Below are positions 60,600 through 64,000 of a stretch of 64,000 nt of DNA, in pieces. The notes beneath the pieces were generated by a model, which was not told the DNA's origin, made no database searches, and was given only the letters and a program-made list of their open reading frames with translations. Each line of letters opens with the position of its first letter. The first letter of the stretch is position 1. A program made the position numbers and the translations under genes. The DNA comes from Selaginella moellendorffii (taxonomy: Eukaryota > Plantae > Lycopodiophyta), in assembly GCF_000143415.4 (NCBI RefSeq), contig NW_003314282.1, positions 1,321,374 through 1,385,373 of the forward strand, in the 5' to 3' direction.

Positions 60600-63500
60600 C
60601 AAGTTCAAAAGGAGGTGGCAGAGTTGAGAAAGAAAAGAAAGATTGTGAACATTATTGTTGGACTTAGAACTATAAAAATTGCAATCACATTCATTATCAC
60701 TTTGGGGAAGGTAAATTTGAATATTTATAAACAAATGTTTGATACTTTTTAGAAAGTGGTAACATTTTACATGAAGTGATATTGAGATGCCATTCCAATG
60801 ATAAGCATCCAGAACTTCAAACAAGGCTTTTGATGAGAGGACAAAGGAAGAACTAACCAAGAAAAATGGCTAGAGGTATTTGGAAACAAATCAAGAGATT
60901 ATAAAACAATTTCTCTTAAGTCATCTTTGTATTTGAACCAAAACACTGAAAATGTGATGCAAGAAAAATTAATAACTGTGATTGAGAATGCTACTTGAGC
61001 ACAGCTCCCAAGCTACACATCAAAGAACTCAATCCACCTCAGCCCGTCCCTCTCAGCATCCACTGATCTTGAGGTGGGATGTGGAGAAGAGGACAGTCAA
61101 GTTTACATCTAATGCATCGAGGTAGGTTGATCTTAAACTTTCCAGGTGCTTCCCTGCTTTAGTGTGATGCCAAGCACCACATTGGTAAAATCCTCACGAA
61201 CACCTTTATGTTCTTCAACTTGAGTATGAGCAAACCACCTGGTATGATCAGTTTCTCCCAGTTTCTTCCATAAAAGACAAAGACAGCAACGTCAGGTTCC
61301 CTACAGTGAGATTGAAGAACTTTTAACTTACATCTACTTTGTCAGTAATGCCAGGAATGGCCATATTTCACGTCCAGATTGCTGAAGCTACCACTTTCAT
61401 TATAAGTGTGAGGGGAAGTCTTGTACCTGGGTTTCTGTTAGTTGGCACAGAACCAGCATGTGGTCTTGGATGTAAACCAAGAATGAGGCCTTCTTCTTTA
61501 TCTCAGAGGTCATCAAAGTGACCTACCAGGTTTGTCTTAGATAACTCCCATGTAACATGATTTCCAGATGCTTCTACTTATCCTTCATAAAGGCATGTTC
61601 TGATGTGGACTTCTTTCAACCTGTAACATGACAAATGCAACAGGTATGGCTGCCAAACTAGACTGGCTCTCAGACTAATTTGAATTGTGTTTGCAGTCAT
61701 CTCCTGGAATATCTAGAGCATGTTCGACTATCTGGTAAGAGCCCATTTGTTGTCACTCACATGAAAGTTGCTTTCTTACAATGCTCCATAACAGAGTTTG
61801 CAACACTAAACATGGTGTTGCAAGTTGCATAATAACTTTTACAACACCAAATGATAAAGAAATAGTTGCAACATCAAATGCCTTTGCACAAATATGTATG
61901 ATATTTGCTGTATAAATTAATGTATCAAATTCTAATTTGCAACAGTAAAAATAAGAAAATCAATATTGAAAACTCTTCCGGAACTTCATATAAATAACCT
62001 TGTTGGCAATGTTTTGGTAGAGCATAAATATTTGATGGATTATTCAGCATAAAAGACTTCATTCCATTCTTGTCATCACGAACAGTTGCTGCCATTGGAC
62101 AAAAAATAAAACGTTGCTAAACAAACCAAAATCGATTTCCTTATGGATACTTTAGGGATAAAGATCATGACTTGCTGTTTCAAATGAGCGTTTGGTTCTG
62201 GGTCACCACCATGGAGAAGAGCAACGTGCCAAACCACATCTCACAAACAACTTTGTTTCCTCGACTTGAGCCTGGGAGCAAAGGTCCTATGGCTTTGACC
62301 CCCTGGTTTGCGACCACTTTCTCGAGCAAAAGCCGCATGGGAGGAACCTGTTCCATGACAGAAACGTCAAGTCCGCTACAGTGAGATCGAAGAACTTTGT
62401 CAGTGCTGGGAATCGCCATACTCCACTTTGAAAGCTATCACTTTCACAAGAGTGGTACCTGTAAGTCAGTGTCCTATACAGAAAAGTTAGGACGGATTAC
62501 AATTCCAAATCCCCAGGACCAGCAGACATTGTCTTGGATGTAAACCAGGACCGTGACTGCAACGAGATGAATTCCCCAGAAGCACAACTTGAAGAACGAG
62601 GCCTTCTTCTTTATCTCAGAGGAATCGTGCTCATCTGACAATCTCTTCCTCGATAAAGTTTACTTTGCAAACCAGCTTCTCGCAATGAAACCTGCTTTAA
62701 TCAGTCCCTCTACCTAGAAGTGTGTGAAGATTGAAGAAAGGTGGCACTTTTCTCCGGCAAAGACGAACAATAGCTTGGACGTCCCTTGATTCCTTCCTTC
62801 CCTTGATTTTCTCCAGTGTGATCCTGCTCAACTCTAGCCTCTATAACAGTTAACTTTCCTGACAATGTTTGATACCATCTAGTGTACCGAAGGCGGCAGT
62901 GGCCGCTGTAAACTTTCCTCTAGAGTCCACTTTTAAACGTATTGGGAATACCGAGAACCTATGCGTTTCTTGTCTGCTTTGACATCGAAGGCCTCTTCAT
63001 GAACTGAAGCAGATTGCAACTCCATCCCTGCAAACAGCAAGCTTCATGATCAAATGAAGCATTTGATATTTTTTTCTCTCACCTTCCAAAGTTCGTTGTC
63101 AGCAAGCCGTCTCGAGTGAGAATTCGGGCTTTTGTAGTCAGCACTTTTCCAGTAAAGCTTTCTTCTAATTACCATCATTTCCCAAGTTGAACATGAGATA
63201 GGAGGAAGTGAAGGCAAGTTAGCATCTTAGTCGTTGACATCCTGCTTCCCTGTTCAACTTTAGCACTACCTCCGGACTTTCATTTATTCCTGGTTTCGAA
63301 CGTGATTTCCAGACGCTTCTGAATTTCCGCACTTATCTGCAAAACATTCCGTTACAACCTCAATCGATGCCAGTCTAGTTCGGTGGACCTGTGTAATTAG
63401 CAGTCTCGTGTAATAGCTCGAGTGTCTCCTTTTTCAACGATCTGTCAGTGCGATGAAAAACAAAGGTAAGGTTCTACTATCGAGATCAGCTATGGCATTG

Positions 63501-64000
63501 GTAAGAGCCGAATCAAGGGAATTGACAACTTCTGTTATCTGCGTCAGGGCCATCAAGGTACAGGGACAATCTGTAATTGAATCTATCCCATATGCATGGG
63601 AGGGCCGCCATGGGATATAATGTCAAGCTAGTTTGCACTGTTCAGAGATCATACCAATTGTAACCTGTCCCAAAACAGAAGTTATGCTATTAACTTCTTC
63701 TGCTGCCTTTGAGTGCAAAAATGAAGATCGCGTGCAAACAAGTGCGCGAGAACTTACATGACAGCTAGTATCCTCAGCAATTGTCGAAATGTCGGTTATT
63801 AGAAAGAGTTCAAGGGAATCGTGAGCAGCCAGCCATTGCTGTGGATGATCTTGGGTCAAAACGTACAGCAGCAATTGAGAGAGGAATTCCTTCAGTAGCG
63901 CCTCATCCGACGGCCACAACTATGATTTCTCTCAAGTTGCGTGAAAAGGTTAGGTCGCAGACATGGACGCTTGGCCGAACAATTCGGACAAGAGACAGGA
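60600..64000 (-). pseudogene. Unidentified multi-exon gene or pseudogene fragments running off the window edge
   Basis: Exon-like segment 63919-63665 bounded by AG and GT, further splice-like signals, and an internal duplication (61335-61510 vs 62395-62625). No intact frame recovered. Confidence 0.3.

Overview
Eukaryotic land-plant nuclear DNA. The very compact genes (most introns 41-80 nt, intergenic gaps of 100-400 bp) suggest a lycophyte such as Selaginella; this is an inference. The window has two sharply different halves. (1) About 0.5-32 kb is gene-dense and CpG-rich. It holds two tandem CRINKLY4-like receptor kinases, PEX19, four Pollen Ole e 1/PAC-domain Pro/His-rich cell-wall proteins interrupted by a LOG2/LUL-type RING E3 ligase, DEAD-box helicase RH58, a secreted X8-only protein, a third CRINKLY4-like gene lacking any kinase domain, a 20-exon bacterial-type PEPC, a small spliced locus with a triplicated terminal exon, a WIP C2H2 zinc-finger factor and a GH17+X8 beta-1,3-glucanase. 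(2) About 32-60.5 kb is an AT-rich, CpG-depleted island of nested degenerate retroelements: Ty3/Gypsy, an apparently non-autonomous LTR family with about 1.45-kb LTRs, and LINE and Copia remnants. Fragments of an unidentified gene follow at the right end. The most notable signals are (a) a CR4-like trio made of an intact kinase, a kinase with an alphaC Glu->Lys change and a kinase-less, possibly GPI-anchored ectodomain, set among cell-wall and callose genes, (b) a 73-nt tRNA-like cloverleaf next to a tRNA-Gly-type primer-binding site, and (c) the triplicated-exon micro-locus.
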